A stretch of DNA of 64,000 nt, from contig JAPETS010000024.1 in NCBI GenBank assembly GCA_026023565.1, positions 310,001-374,000 of the forward strand. Reading direction: 5' to 3'. The position numbers were made by a program, and so were the translations under genes. This stretch comes from Cirrosporium novae-zelandiae (taxonomy: Eukaryota). Below, piece after piece: positions 1-11,075 of the stretch (position 1 is its first letter; each line of letters starts with the position of its first letter). A model generated the notes under the pieces. That model had not been told where the DNA came from and made no database searches. It saw only the letters and a list, made by a program, of their open reading frames with translations.

Positions 1-984
1 CAACAGAAGACTAATCCCACTGTGCCACTTAATCCCATTGATCCACTAATCCTCTATTAATCACACTAACCCACTAATCCCGGACTGATCGTTGGAACTG
101 CGGGAGAAGCCTTCGAATATTCGAACGCCCCAAGCTGTCGGAGAAGAAGACTGCTAAACCTACCCAGTGTCTACTTTCTACCTTTGCCTACCTTTTTGCC
201 TTTGCCCTCATCTTCAAACTACATATCTTACCTACTCGATTCCGCTTGGGGTTTCCCATCATTTCCCCCTATATTCACCTCCGTCTCTTCCGGAAAACTT
301 CCTCCTCAATTGCTCTTTGTCAAGAGCCTTGTCCATCGGGTCCTTGCCTCACCCTTTATACCTTCATCATCTCAGGGTTCAATCCGGAGGAACGTTGCCC
401 CTATCATCCAAAGCTCATATCCCTTAGAATTTTGGATCCTTGAAGAACTGGCTTCCTCCTTTTCCTCAATTCTACCATACCTCACCAGCTTATACCTTCG
501 CTGCAATTTTCGAACTATAAAGACGTCCTTTCGACGAGGTTCCTCATCGCTGTCGGCCGGCTTCGATGCGATCTCCAAGGACTTCTTGAGCCCAACCACA
601 ATTGAAATCTACCATAGCGCTTTTGATCGTGAGATCTCAACGCGCCTCAATAGACAGAAAGACGACATACCAAAAAGGGGCGTTTTCCCGACACTATTCT
701 TACGCAAAGACGTGCTGGCGCAGTCGACATAGCTTCGAAGCGTTTGTGGCGCACACCAAGACCCTTCACGCATCCCGCGCCTCCTCCAGATATGATCTGC
801 TGCAACTTGGACCTCAATTGGTAGTTTTCGTCTATCATCGCCGCGCACGTTTATGCTTGCTTTTGCTGGAAAAATAACGGCAGACATCCTGAGAACAATT
901 TCATGACGGAGTTGGGATTACATCATCTTTATAAATAATTTTCAACATTGAGCACGCTTTGTCCCGGCTCACATTTGATTCAAA

Positions 985-2947
985 ATGAGTCGCTTAGAAG
1001 CTCCACCAAGAAGCCCTTTCTCGGGCGCCGTTGTTGCAATGGGACCGCAAAGAAACGTCCCTACATTGCCATCATCGGTAGCTTCCTCGGAATCACCGTC
1101 TGGAGGAGATCCCATGGATGTGACTCCCCCAACTTCTTCTGCAATGGGCCCCCCAAGACAGAATAGCCCAGAGGCAGACCATAGTAGTGCGAACCACAAC
1201 TCAGGAGCAGGAGAGATAAATACATCGAATCCAATTTCTTCGGGTCCTGTTGTAGGTGCGGCAGCCGCAGCAGCAAATGCCTCTCAGCAGCCAAAAGTTG
1301 TACAGACGGCCTTTATCCATAAATTATACAAGTATGTCTCTAAGCAGATCTGGATAATGGACAATTCACTGAACGTCAATAGTATGCTTGAGGATCAGAG
1401 TATTCAACATCTCATTTCCTGGTCCGCGAATAATGACAGTTTCATAATGTCTCCTTCAAATGAATTTTCAAAAGTTTTATCGTGAGCTGCAACCTTGCAA
1501 TCGCCGAGATTAGAGATGGTTGCTGATAACCGCAGACAATATTTCAAACATACAAATATTTCTTCTTTCGTTCGACAATTGAACATGTATGGATTTCACA
1601 AAGGTACTATGAATTCGTCCTATTTCGACGAGTAAGATGATATTAACATGATGATAGTAAGCGACGTTTTTCATAATGGCTCCCCAGAGTCTCCATTATG
1701 GGAATTTAAACATGGAAATGGAAATTTCAAAAGGGGAGATTTGATCGGTCTTCGAGAAATCAAACGAAGAGCCTCAAGACACGCACTTATTCATCGGGAA
1801 TCCTACCCCAACCATCGATCAAGTATATCCCAACCAGGCACGCCGGCCGAACCAATGCCGGATACGACAGAGGCGAGACTATTACATTTGGAGCATCAAT
1901 TATTTGATATGCGAACTCGTCTAAACCGATCGGAAGAGAACCAAAACGTGATGAATTCAAAGTTTCAGGCACTTGCAGATGGGCTATTGCGTTGCCATCA
2001 GGTATGTAGCTCTGTCGGTGTGCGGGTATTTATCTGACAAGTCTAGTGGAATCATTCCTTGACCCATTTCCTCCTAAATATGGTCCCTGATCCCGAGAAC
2101 GCTGTATTTCGTGATTGTAAGTTTAACAGCCTCCATTTCTACATTATACTCATTGCTCTTAGTATCATCAATGGAAAGGGACATCACCGCGCACCTAAAT
2201 ATGATGCGAACTATGGACGCATCCCACGAATCTCTTCTCTCCGGGCGCCAACCCTATTTCGCCAATATGACGATAGACCACCCTCCTCTCTCTCCTCGTC
2301 AGCTCCCCCAAGATGACCCTCGACGGCCAACGCATCTTGACCCTTCACGACAACCACCCCAATACCGTGCTCCTGTTCCTGCCCATCTTTCTGTCTCTCC
2401 ACGGCGTTATGGGTCATTTGGAGGCCCAAACGTATCCCCTGGCTTTCAAAGATCACCGATCCAGACCCAGCCACCAGCACCCCATCCTCTGTCATCTGTG
2501 AGCTCCCCACCTGGCCCTAATTTGGCTCGCCGACATACCTCGGCGGATATTCGCGAACATGGTTGGCCACCTACCGGTAATTCCCCCTTCACATCTGGTC
2601 CTCCGTCAGGACAGTGGCCATCTTCGCCAAACAGAACGCCCCAAGGTGACCCACAGGTCCAGGAGGTTCTATCTAGGTACGAGATAAATGGTCAACGGCA
2701 ACATTATGGATCGCGGCAAGCTACCCCGCCATTGACGAACGATACGACACCCTCCAATCTCAGCACCAACAGTGCTTGGTCTTTTGGAGGCCCCCAGTTC
2801 TCTAAACTTTCTTCTGCCCCCCCAACTCGCCGCTCAAGCATGGCCAGCAATGTTCACTCTCTCTTAAATCCAGCAGATACCGCCGAAAGACCTGATTGCA
2901 TGGACCCTGCATCAGATGAAATTCGAAAACGGAAACGATTAGTATGA
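985..2947 (+). CDS. sfl1: HSF-type DNA-binding transcription factor, Sfl1-like (6 exons)
   Basis: The HSF domain reassembles across GT-AG introns (1332-1382, 1482-1535, 1604-1657, 2002-2046, 2117-2162) as TAFIHKLYNMLED..HLISW..YFKHTNISSFVRQLNMYGFHKVSD..WEFKHGNGNFKRG. A coiled coil, a Pro/Ser-rich tail and a C-terminal basic RKRKR follow. Confidence 0.85.
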
Positions 2948-3873
2948 CCTGTTAGATGTTTGAGTGGATGTCCTATATATATTACGAGGATCTGATGGTA
3001 AGATTCCAGATTGGAGGATTCGGTTGTATCATATTCTTTGGCCTGCATATTTTGGCGGGTGGAGACTTGGGTTTCAGGTTGAGTTGGGAGTTGGTCTGCC
3101 TGAGAGGCTGGAAAACGTTCTATATCAAGGTAGTTCTGGAAGATACATTAATGAACTGCTCATTTATGTGCAAATTGTTCTATGTATTTTTTTCCTACTC
3201 AAGCATATCTGCTAATCATCCCTTCTACCCTTGTTCTTAAATAGTCATAGACATAGTTTTCTTATTTGATAAGCTACTCCTATAGTAAATCAGAATCCCA
3301 GTACCATTTTAGTCGCCACGATTTATCAATCACTGCCCTACAAACCTCCATCTACCATTTCACTCAAGAATCTTTATCTACTTAGGTACTCATTCACTAA
3401 TCTACTGTTCAATAATCTCCTCAAAGCTGATAAATTTCTCTCCTCACTTGATAATACTCTACCAATCACTTCTCCGTTACTTCTTTATTACATATTATTC
3501 ACTACTCACCTATTTCTTTATTCCACTTTATTCGTCACCCCAATACACTCGCTTTCTAGCCTGACTAGTCACTGGCTTCATAATAGATATTCCTTAGCTT
3601 GTCATACCATTCCTCTTCAACTCATGTTCTTTTATATCATACCCACCTTAGGACCACTTTTATCTCGATACACCCCTGTTAGAGCTATTAAGCGGGACTT
3701 TGTGAACATTCCTGCTCGCATAAAGTACAATCCGTCCATAGTTGCCATCTATATTTCTATATATTCGCCACACAGATCTGACTACTTCATCTACCTTTTT
3801 ATCACTAGTCTTAAGTTCCTCAAAGGCCCATCGATTAGTTGAATAACCGCATCCTCAAACTTCCTCTTCCGCG

Positions 3874-4778
3874 ATGGCGAACAAGCAAAATCACCCGGTC
3901 ATCGACGTTAGCAACGAGTGTGTGTAAGTCAATGCATTGTTGTCTATTGATTTGCATGCTCGTTTAATTAACTTTTATGCAGTGATGTCTTCAATTCCTA
4001 TCTTAAAATAGAAGGCGACAATTATACGTTCGGGATTCACACAGCTCTCCTTCGAAACGTAACCAGTATCAAGCAGTTGCAAGCAGCGCTTGCAAATGGA
4101 TGGAATGTAGAGGTCGTCAAATCCTTTCTACATTGGCTATACTGGAAAACGTTCGTCGGCACGCAAGATTTCATCACATATGCCCAGTTGATAGAACTAT
4201 ATCTATTTGGACAACAATTAGCCTCACCCTTATTGCGTGACGCGGTTATCACTAAGCTTGGCGAATATGGGTCAAAAAAATTACTAGTTCCAACGGGACT
4301 GAGCAAAAAGATATATGCAGCGACCCCAGTTGATAGCCCCCTGAGGAAAATCTGGGTGGAACTGTACGCGAGGATTCTCAATTCTAAACAGATTGCCGGG
4401 GAGGAAAAAAGCACCCAGGGTGATAAAAAACCCGATAATGAATTTCGGAAAGATTTAATTATCCGACAGACTCAGATCCGTGAGCAAAATGAAGGCAGCA
4501 TCGACCTGGCGGAGACAGAGCAAAATCCATTCAGTCAAAAAGCACTTCTTAACTTAGGCTTTTTTATCAACAAACCAGCTCTTATAATGCACAAAAGGGA
4601 ATTCCAAGCCCAACATCTCAATGCGCCTTACGCTAAAATGAGTCTTCGGCTTGAAAAAGAGATAGAAGAAAAGGCTGCTTTAGAAAAACAAAACTCTGTG
4701 CTTGAGGAGGAAGTGAAAATTCTCCAAGCACAAGTTACACGATTGATCAGGAAACGGAAAAGGGCCCCAGATGAATAG
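3874..4778 (+). CDS. Divergent fungal BTB/POZ-domain protein with C-terminal coiled coil
   Basis: ATG at 3874, then one intron (GTAAGT near 3924 to TGCAG near 3982). Motifs FGIHTALL, FLHWLY, LIELYLFGQQL..LRDAVI and IYAAT..SPLRKIWV match fungal BTB proteins. The protein ends in a heptad tail and RKRKR. Confidence 0.65.
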
Positions 4779-4788
4779 CGGACACAGA

Positions 4789-5354
4789 TTATGGAATTTC
4801 TACTTTTTGTTTTTTGTTCAGCTTCCTCTGCTTTTTGCGATTCCTCTCTGCAAGTATCTCGTCCATAAAATTATTGGTCTTCTTTCTTTTACCAGTATTT
4901 GTTTCAAGCGCATCCTCTATAGCTTGTGAGTTTTCTAGCAGCTGGGTTTCCTTCGAGAATAATGCCGAACGACCTTCAGACTCATCATCGATTTCTTCTT
5001 CCCTGTTCCTTTGAGGATATACTCTGGATACGATATTGCTTTTGGAATTCTGCTTAATGCCTAGGCGTTTTTTAAGCTTATCCTCCTCTATCGGTTTCTG
5101 GATTGTTGCTAAAGTGTTCCCAATACCAGTACTTCTTCTCGTTAGCAATCGAAAGTCAGGACCATAAAACCAAAAAGAACTTACGTTTCCGAACTTGGAG
5201 TGAACGTATCATCCTCATCTTCAGAACTTAGATGACTGTTGAGAGTCGACTCTTTGTAGGGAGCAAGCCAAGAAGCAACCTTGCTTAAACTCTTAGATAC
5301 ATCAATATTGACTTGATTAGAGATGATATCCTCTTCCTTAACGGCACCAGGCAT
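4789..5354 (-). CDS. Small basic conserved fungal protein, DUF3245-like (1 intron)
   Basis: Exon 1 reads MPGAVKEEDIISNQVNIDVSKSLSKVASWL. After one intron comes the ORF with EDKLKKRL, ESEGRSAL and NFMDEILAERNRKK. The family assignment is from recalled motifs. Confidence 0.6.
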
Positions 5355-5623
5355 GATGGTAATATGTCAAAGAATGGATGATTTGTATCAATTAAATCAA
5401 TAGAAACGTTTTTCCGAGAGAAATGTGTGTGGGACTAAAAGTAATGGAGTGATTGGATGGACGAAGATGGCCATGGCTGGACTAACGGAACTGTTTTACC
5501 GCGGCGCCGGCTAAAGCTATCCAAAGGCGGGCTACGGAGATATATCGTCTGAATGACCTTTGAGCCCAAACTCCAACTTCTTGAACAATCCTCCACTCTG
5601 CTACATCCCATTGATCCTCCAAA

Positions 5624-7216
5624 ATGTTTAGATTTGCTCGCAGTCGGCCAATTTCCGCCGCATTTAAGGCAGTTCAAGTATTCTCCCACACTCACTGAGC
5701 TTCCTCGAACTCGGCTGACGATAAACAGGAATCGTCCGGAAAAAGCTCCGGTCTCAGTCAAAAACGATTCCTCTCTATCCATGAATACCTTTCCGCAAAT
5801 ATTCTGAGAGACGTGCGTATTTTCCAAAGCGACTCGAAGGATTTGGGGCTGATTTTCAGTAGTATGGCGTCGGCGTTCCCAAGGGAGAGGTCGCGAAAAC
5901 TGCAGCGGAAGCTGAAGCTGTAGCCAAACGGATAGGTCAATTGCCCTCCACTTCCTCCAAGATTTAGCTAACAACTTCTTCAGGCGGAGATGATATGGTC
6001 ATCAAGGCGCAAGTTCTTGCTGGAGGACGAGGCAAGGGCACCTTTGACAATGGCTTGAAGGGAGGAGTACGGATTATCTACTCGTAAGATTTTCCGTCTG
6101 AAGAAATTCCAACGACACCAACTCACCCTCATACAGGCCTACAGAAGCCAAGATGTTTGCGGAACAGATGATCGGCCACAAGCTCATCACTAAGCAGACT
6201 GGTGCTCGAGGTCGCATGTGCAATTCTGTCTATATCGTCGAACGCAAGTTTGCCCGCCGAGAGTTCTACCTTGCCGTTCTTATGGATCGTGGGTCGCAAG
6301 CGCCTGTCATTGTTGCTTCTTCTCAGGGTGGTATGGATATTGAAACTGTAGCCAAGGAGACCCCAGAGGCTATCATCACTACTCCCGTCGATATTCATGT
6401 GGGCGTCACCGACGAGATGGCACGTGGTATTGCAACCAAACTAGGCTTCTCGGAACAATGCATCGAGGATGCTAAGGATACAATCCAAAAGCTTTACAAG
6501 GTCTTCATGGAGAAGGATGCTACACAAATTGAGATCAACCCGCTATCCGAAACCTCTGACCACCAGGTGCTAGCTATGGATGCGAAACTTAACTTTGATG
6601 ATAACGCTGATTTCAGACAAAAGGAGGTCTTCGCTCTGAGGGACACCACTCAGGAAGACCCTGACGAGGTTAAGGCCGCAGAAAACGGTCTTAACTTCAT
6701 CAAGCTTGATGGCGATATTGGATGTTTGGTCAATGGAGCTGGTCTTGCCATGGCAACTATGGATATCATCAAGTTGAATGGCGGACAGCCAGCCAACTTT
6801 TTAGATGTCGGTGGTGGTGCAACTGCTGCAGCTATCAAGGATGCGTTTGATCTTATCACCAGTGATCCCAAGGTCACTGCTGTCTTTGTCAACATCTTTG
6901 GCGGTATTGTTCGATGTGATGCCATTGCTCAGGGTCTCATTTCTGTCGTGCAAAGGATGAACCTTAAGTTGCCCATTATCGCTCGTCTCCGTGGCACAAA
7001 CATGGAACAAGCACACAAACTGGTCAGTTTATAATCCCTCCTCTTTCAGGATATTTTTCAAACTAATAAACCGACCCCCAGATCAACGAGTCGGGCTTAA
7101 AGATCTTCTCAATCGAAGACCTCCAGACTGCGGCAGAGAAATCCGTCCAGTTCTCTAAGGTTGTTAAAATGGCTAGAGATATTGATGTTGGTGTGGAGTT
7201 TTCGCTTGGTATTTAA
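5624..7216 (+). CDS. LSC2: Succinyl-CoA ligase beta subunit, mitochondrial
   Basis: Presequence-like start [12 protein letters not shown]. Motifs [55 protein letters not shown] and [10 protein letters not shown]. Several introns; stop at 7214-7216. Confidence 0.97.
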
Positions 7217-8643
7217 GTAAGTTGAGTACTTGGCGCTGGCTTTCCTACTACAGTTGTATATTCATTCCTAGCACTCAATATACGTCTATTTTGCCCTTCA
7301 TGTCTGGTATCCGAAGAAGAGTTGGGCAACCGGGATCTTATCATGTATTTTCTCTTCCTAATGTCCAAATAGGGGCTCGTCTGGTTTGATAGAGTTGGGG
7401 CATGTGTTACGACTAGGATATATTATCTATGATTAAGAGAACGCATAAATCAATGCTCGCATAATAATTCTCCATCTTTCCTTATTGTTATCCTCGGTCC
7501 TTTCTCGGTATTATCCAATACATTGCATGGGTCAAGGGATGCCATATCCATGCATCACGAAAATGTGGTGAGTCGGAGAAACGGAGAAGATATATCTATC
7601 TCGGTAATGATGGCACTAAGTCTCTAACAACCATTTTCTCGTAATCTTTTGTGGAATATGTAAACTCATATTATTGTTGACCTCAGGACATTTATTGTAG
7701 CAAAATATTCCAGCCGATAAAAGCCCTAATGGTCATTTTACTTATGAATGCACTTGACTCTTCGCAAAATCATATGCGCAGCGTTCTTACACATAGAGGT
7801 CATCATGCGGCCCTCTCTAACTAGTCCAAAGTTAAATTATATTCAGTTGGGGGTGGTTGGTAAGATCGAAAGTACTTGCAACTATTATCACACGGATCAT
7901 AAACTCCTCCTGACTCCTTTGTAAGAGAGCGTTTAACAGATTGCCAGTCTACTGGAAGAAGATGCACAATAATGCTAGATGAAAGTGCTAACGTAAGATA
8001 CCTACCTAGGTCATTTTGGAAATATCTGGTTTTCAACACTCGGTCGCAAAAAAATGTGAAAACTTCTGTTCGTTCTGACATTTGATGTATTTGGCGTAAG
8101 AGAATCTCTTCGTTGTTGTACCTGCCGTTAACAGGATAACTCGTCGACCTTATCCTTAAGTTAGGCTAGCATGTAACTAACTATCATGAATTTAAAAGAG
8201 CTATAGACCAAAGAGGAACAAATATCGGTGTTAGAAGATTTTTATTTTTATGGCCATCTGAGTGCATTTAAAGATTACAAATCGCCTCTTTCACAGAATC
8301 ATATCATGAAAATATGGACTTTGTTGACCTCAGAGCATGAGGGCCAAAGCGGATCAGATTGCTAGAAATTAGATTGGTCAATCACGCCAGCTTTAATCTC
8401 ATCCCACCGGTAAGATATTTACTAATTCTACTTATTATTATACTCCGTTCTTCATCACTTTCCAGGTTAGAAAATCCAATTACTATTGCAATAGTAGCTC
8501 ACCAACGATTTGCTTATAAAACCATACTCGAATAACTATTAGGAAAATGAAGAGAAAGAAATGATATTTGCATATTTCATATTGTCTGCTGTTCTTTGCT
8601 ATACTTTCTTCGTCTTTGAGAATCTTGATACACATTTTATCAA

Positions 8644-10506
8644 ATGTCAGAGCAACTTTCCAGAGCTCTTTGCTATCTCCTAGAGGAGAATCGGCCCAGC
8701 ATTCCTCAACCTAGGCCTAGAGGTTCTTGTCATCATCACCATGTCTTGAGTCTAGACTGGATCCTCCAGACTGATACCTGGAACCAGCTTCAGGTGTTGA
8801 GAAGCCTCTTGTGTCAACGCCCACCATTACCCGAACTGCCAGCAGATATTTCAAAAGACATTGATTACATTTTCCAGAAGATCCTAGCCCACCGTGTGCT
8901 AACACCCACCTCATCAATCCCACCACAATATTATATCCCACGAGGTCCCTCATTAGATCTTCCAACCCCTATCAGGACCTCAATCTGGAAAGGCGATATC
9001 ACCACTCTATCCGAAGCGACCGCGATCGTGAATGCTGCAAATTCTCAGCTCCTCGGCTGCATCCGACCAGAACATCGCTGTATCGACAACATCATACATT
9101 CCGCAGCCGGACCAGACCTGCGCAAGGCATGCTACGAGCTAATGTCAAGCCAAGGACATCCCGAGCCCGTAGGCTCAGCAAAGGTTACCCCAGGCTTCAA
9201 CTTACCCGCGAAATATGTCTTGCATACCGTCGGGCCGCAGCTGGACCCCGGCCAGGAGCCCACCTCACACGAACGTCAAGATCTAGCCAACTGCTACATT
9301 TCATGTTTGGAAACAGCCGAAAGTCTTCCCGCCTTAGAAGATGGACGCAAAGTCGTCGCTTTTTGCTGTATCTCAACCGGCCTGTTCTCTTTCCCCGGCC
9401 AACTAGCCTCGGAAATTGCAGTGAAAACCATGCACGCATGGTGTGGCGAGCACAGTAACACAAGTATCACGGATATCATATTCAACATTTTCACGGATGA
9501 GGATTTAGATTTCTACTCCAAGACGCTTCAGCAAAGTAACCTAGAAAAGTGCACCGTCGCTAGCCCACATCAAGCAATCCTCCCACCGCTACCAACCACC
9601 CCAAACATCACAACAGCCAGAAAATGGCTCTCACAAGCTGACTACCTTCTTATCACTGCCGGAGCCGGTTTATCTGCAGCCGGAGGCCTCGACTATACAT
9701 CGCGCTCCCTGTTCCACAGAATATACCCCGGCTTCATCAAATACGGGCTGCATCGCCTGTACGACGTCTTCGGGTACAACTCCTGGCCCTCCCCGCTTGA
9801 GAAATGGAGTTATTATTTCACGCACCTCGAAATGATCCGCTCCTGGCCCCCTGGACAGCTCTACGAATCCCTCCTCGCCAAGCTAACAACAACCTCCACC
9901 CCCCCCACCCCCTTACAGTTCCCCTCAGACCACTATTTCATAAGAACCACCAACGCCGACAACCTCTTCCAAAAAGCTGGTTTCCCCCCCACCAACATCT
10001 CCACCCCCCAAGGCCAATACCACTACCTCCAATGCCTCGCAAACTGCAACCCCTCCGCCGTCTTCCCATCAACTCCTTTCCTCGCAGCCGCCCTCCCCTT
10101 CCTCTCCTCCTCCACCCAACTTCTCACAAACCCAGCCTGCATCCCCTCTTGCAAGTTCTGCGGCGGCGAGCTCACGATCTGCGTACGCGGAGGGGACTAT
10201 TTCAACGAGCGCCCATTTCAGGAGCAAGAAGAAAAATATAGGGAGTTTTTGGAACGGGTTAAGGGGGATGAGGGTGGTGGTAGTGGGGGGTTTTGTGTAA
10301 TTTTGGAATTGGGTGTCGGGTTGAACACCCCCGGGGTTTTGAGGTGGCCAGATGAAGAGTTGGTGGAAGATGGCGCGGGTAGGTTTCGCCTTGTGAGGGT
10401 TGGGGCTGGGGCGGCTGCGTGTGTGCCTTGGGAACTTGAGGAGGGGGGCATGGCGGTTGGGATAGAGGGGGATATTAAGGATGTCTTGCCTGTGTTGATT
10501 AGTTGA
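8644..10506 (+). CDS. mfs1: Zn-dependent macrodomain fused to class M sirtuin (Mfs1/SirTM-type ADP-ribosyl transferase-hydrolase fusion)
   Basis: Intronless 620-aa ORF. The macrodomain has WKGDIT, IVNAAN, a Zn loop C-x4-H-x-C (GCIRPEHRCIDN), HTVGP and CCISTGLFSFP. The sirtuin has AGAGLSA, TTNAD, PQG (Gln in place of the catalytic His), two Cys pairs and LELGVGLNTP. Confidence 0.92.
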   Translation: MSEQLSRALCYLLEENRPSIPQPRPRGSCHHHHVLSLDWILQTDTWNQLQVLRSLLCQRPPLPELPADISKDIDYIFQKILAHRVLTPTSSIPPQYYIPRGPSLDLPTPIRTSIWKGDITTLSEATAIVNAANSQLLGCIRPEHRCIDNIIHSAAGPDLRKACYELMSSQGHPEPVGSAKVTPGFNLPAKYVLHTVGPQLDPGQEPTSHERQDLANCYISCLETAESLPALEDGRKVVAFCCISTGLFSFPGQLASEIAVKTMHAWCGEHSNTSITDIIFNIFTDEDLDFYSKTLQQSNLEKCTVASPHQAILPPLPTTPNITTARKWLSQADYLLITAGAGLSAAGGLDYTSRSLFHRIYPGFIKYGLHRLYDVFGYNSWPSPLEKWSYYFTHLEMIRSWPPGQLYESLLAKLTTTSTPPTPLQFPSDHYFIRTTNADNLFQKAGFPPTNISTPQGQYHYLQCLANCNPSAVFPSTPFLAAALPFLSSSTQLLTNPACIPSCKFCGGELTICVRGGDYFNERPFQEQEEKYREFLERVKGDEGGGSGGFCVILELGVGLNTPGVLRWPDEELVEDGAGRFRLVRVGAGAAACVPWELEEGGMAVGIEGDIKDVLPVLIS

Positions 10507-11075
10507 TTAGTTTGTTAATTAGTTGGGGTTTACGGGGTAGGTAGGTAGATAGGTAGGTAGATAGGTAGGTAGGGCTCTTTCTTCATAAATTTGTTAGAAA
10601 CAAAGCCAACACTCCTAACCCTCCCTCCCCAAGCCATCATAAGGATGTGGGTCACCACCATCCGCTAACTAACTGATAACAGATATCTTCTAGTGTTTGG
10701 GCTAGCTACCTAAGGTATATAGATACAACATATGGCCCATGGTATATATATAATATATTTAAACTAATGCGCAAAAAAAGACCAATATATTCATTTCATT
10801 AACCTTTCATCCCCCACCCATCCCTCATCCTCTCATTATAGAGAAAAAAAGAAAGTAGGAAAAAAGAATTCGTTCATAAAAAACAATAGTAAAAAGTCAT
10901 ACCCTCCTTCCTTCCCTTGCGCCGTCAAGTGCCTCCGATAAACAAGAGTTGGGAAAGAGTATCTTCCTCAAAAGAAAAAAAATACAAGACTCTATCCACC
11001 TATAGCCATAGTCATAGAAACCAAAAAAGGGGAACTCAGTAAAAAAAAGGTTCCAAGAATTTCACTTATGTAGAA

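Noticed and set aside
10..81. Degenerate CCACTAAT-like repeats
   Set aside because: Irregular low-complexity repeat, neither telomeric TTAGGG nor a spacer array.
184..732. 182-aa ORF upstream of the HSF gene
   Set aside because: TTG start, Ser/Pro/Leu/Phe bias from CT-rich DNA, and no recognisable domain.
7600..8420. Short repeated words (TTGTTGACCTCAG twice) and a possible SirTM partner gene upstream of mfs1
   Set aside because: The matches are too short to define an element, and no GcvH-like or lipoate-ligase ORF is visible.
5624..10506. Functional link between LSC2 and the SirTM fusion via lipoyl-enzyme metabolism
   Set aside because: Adjacency only; fungal neighbours are usually unrelated and I cannot test synteny.
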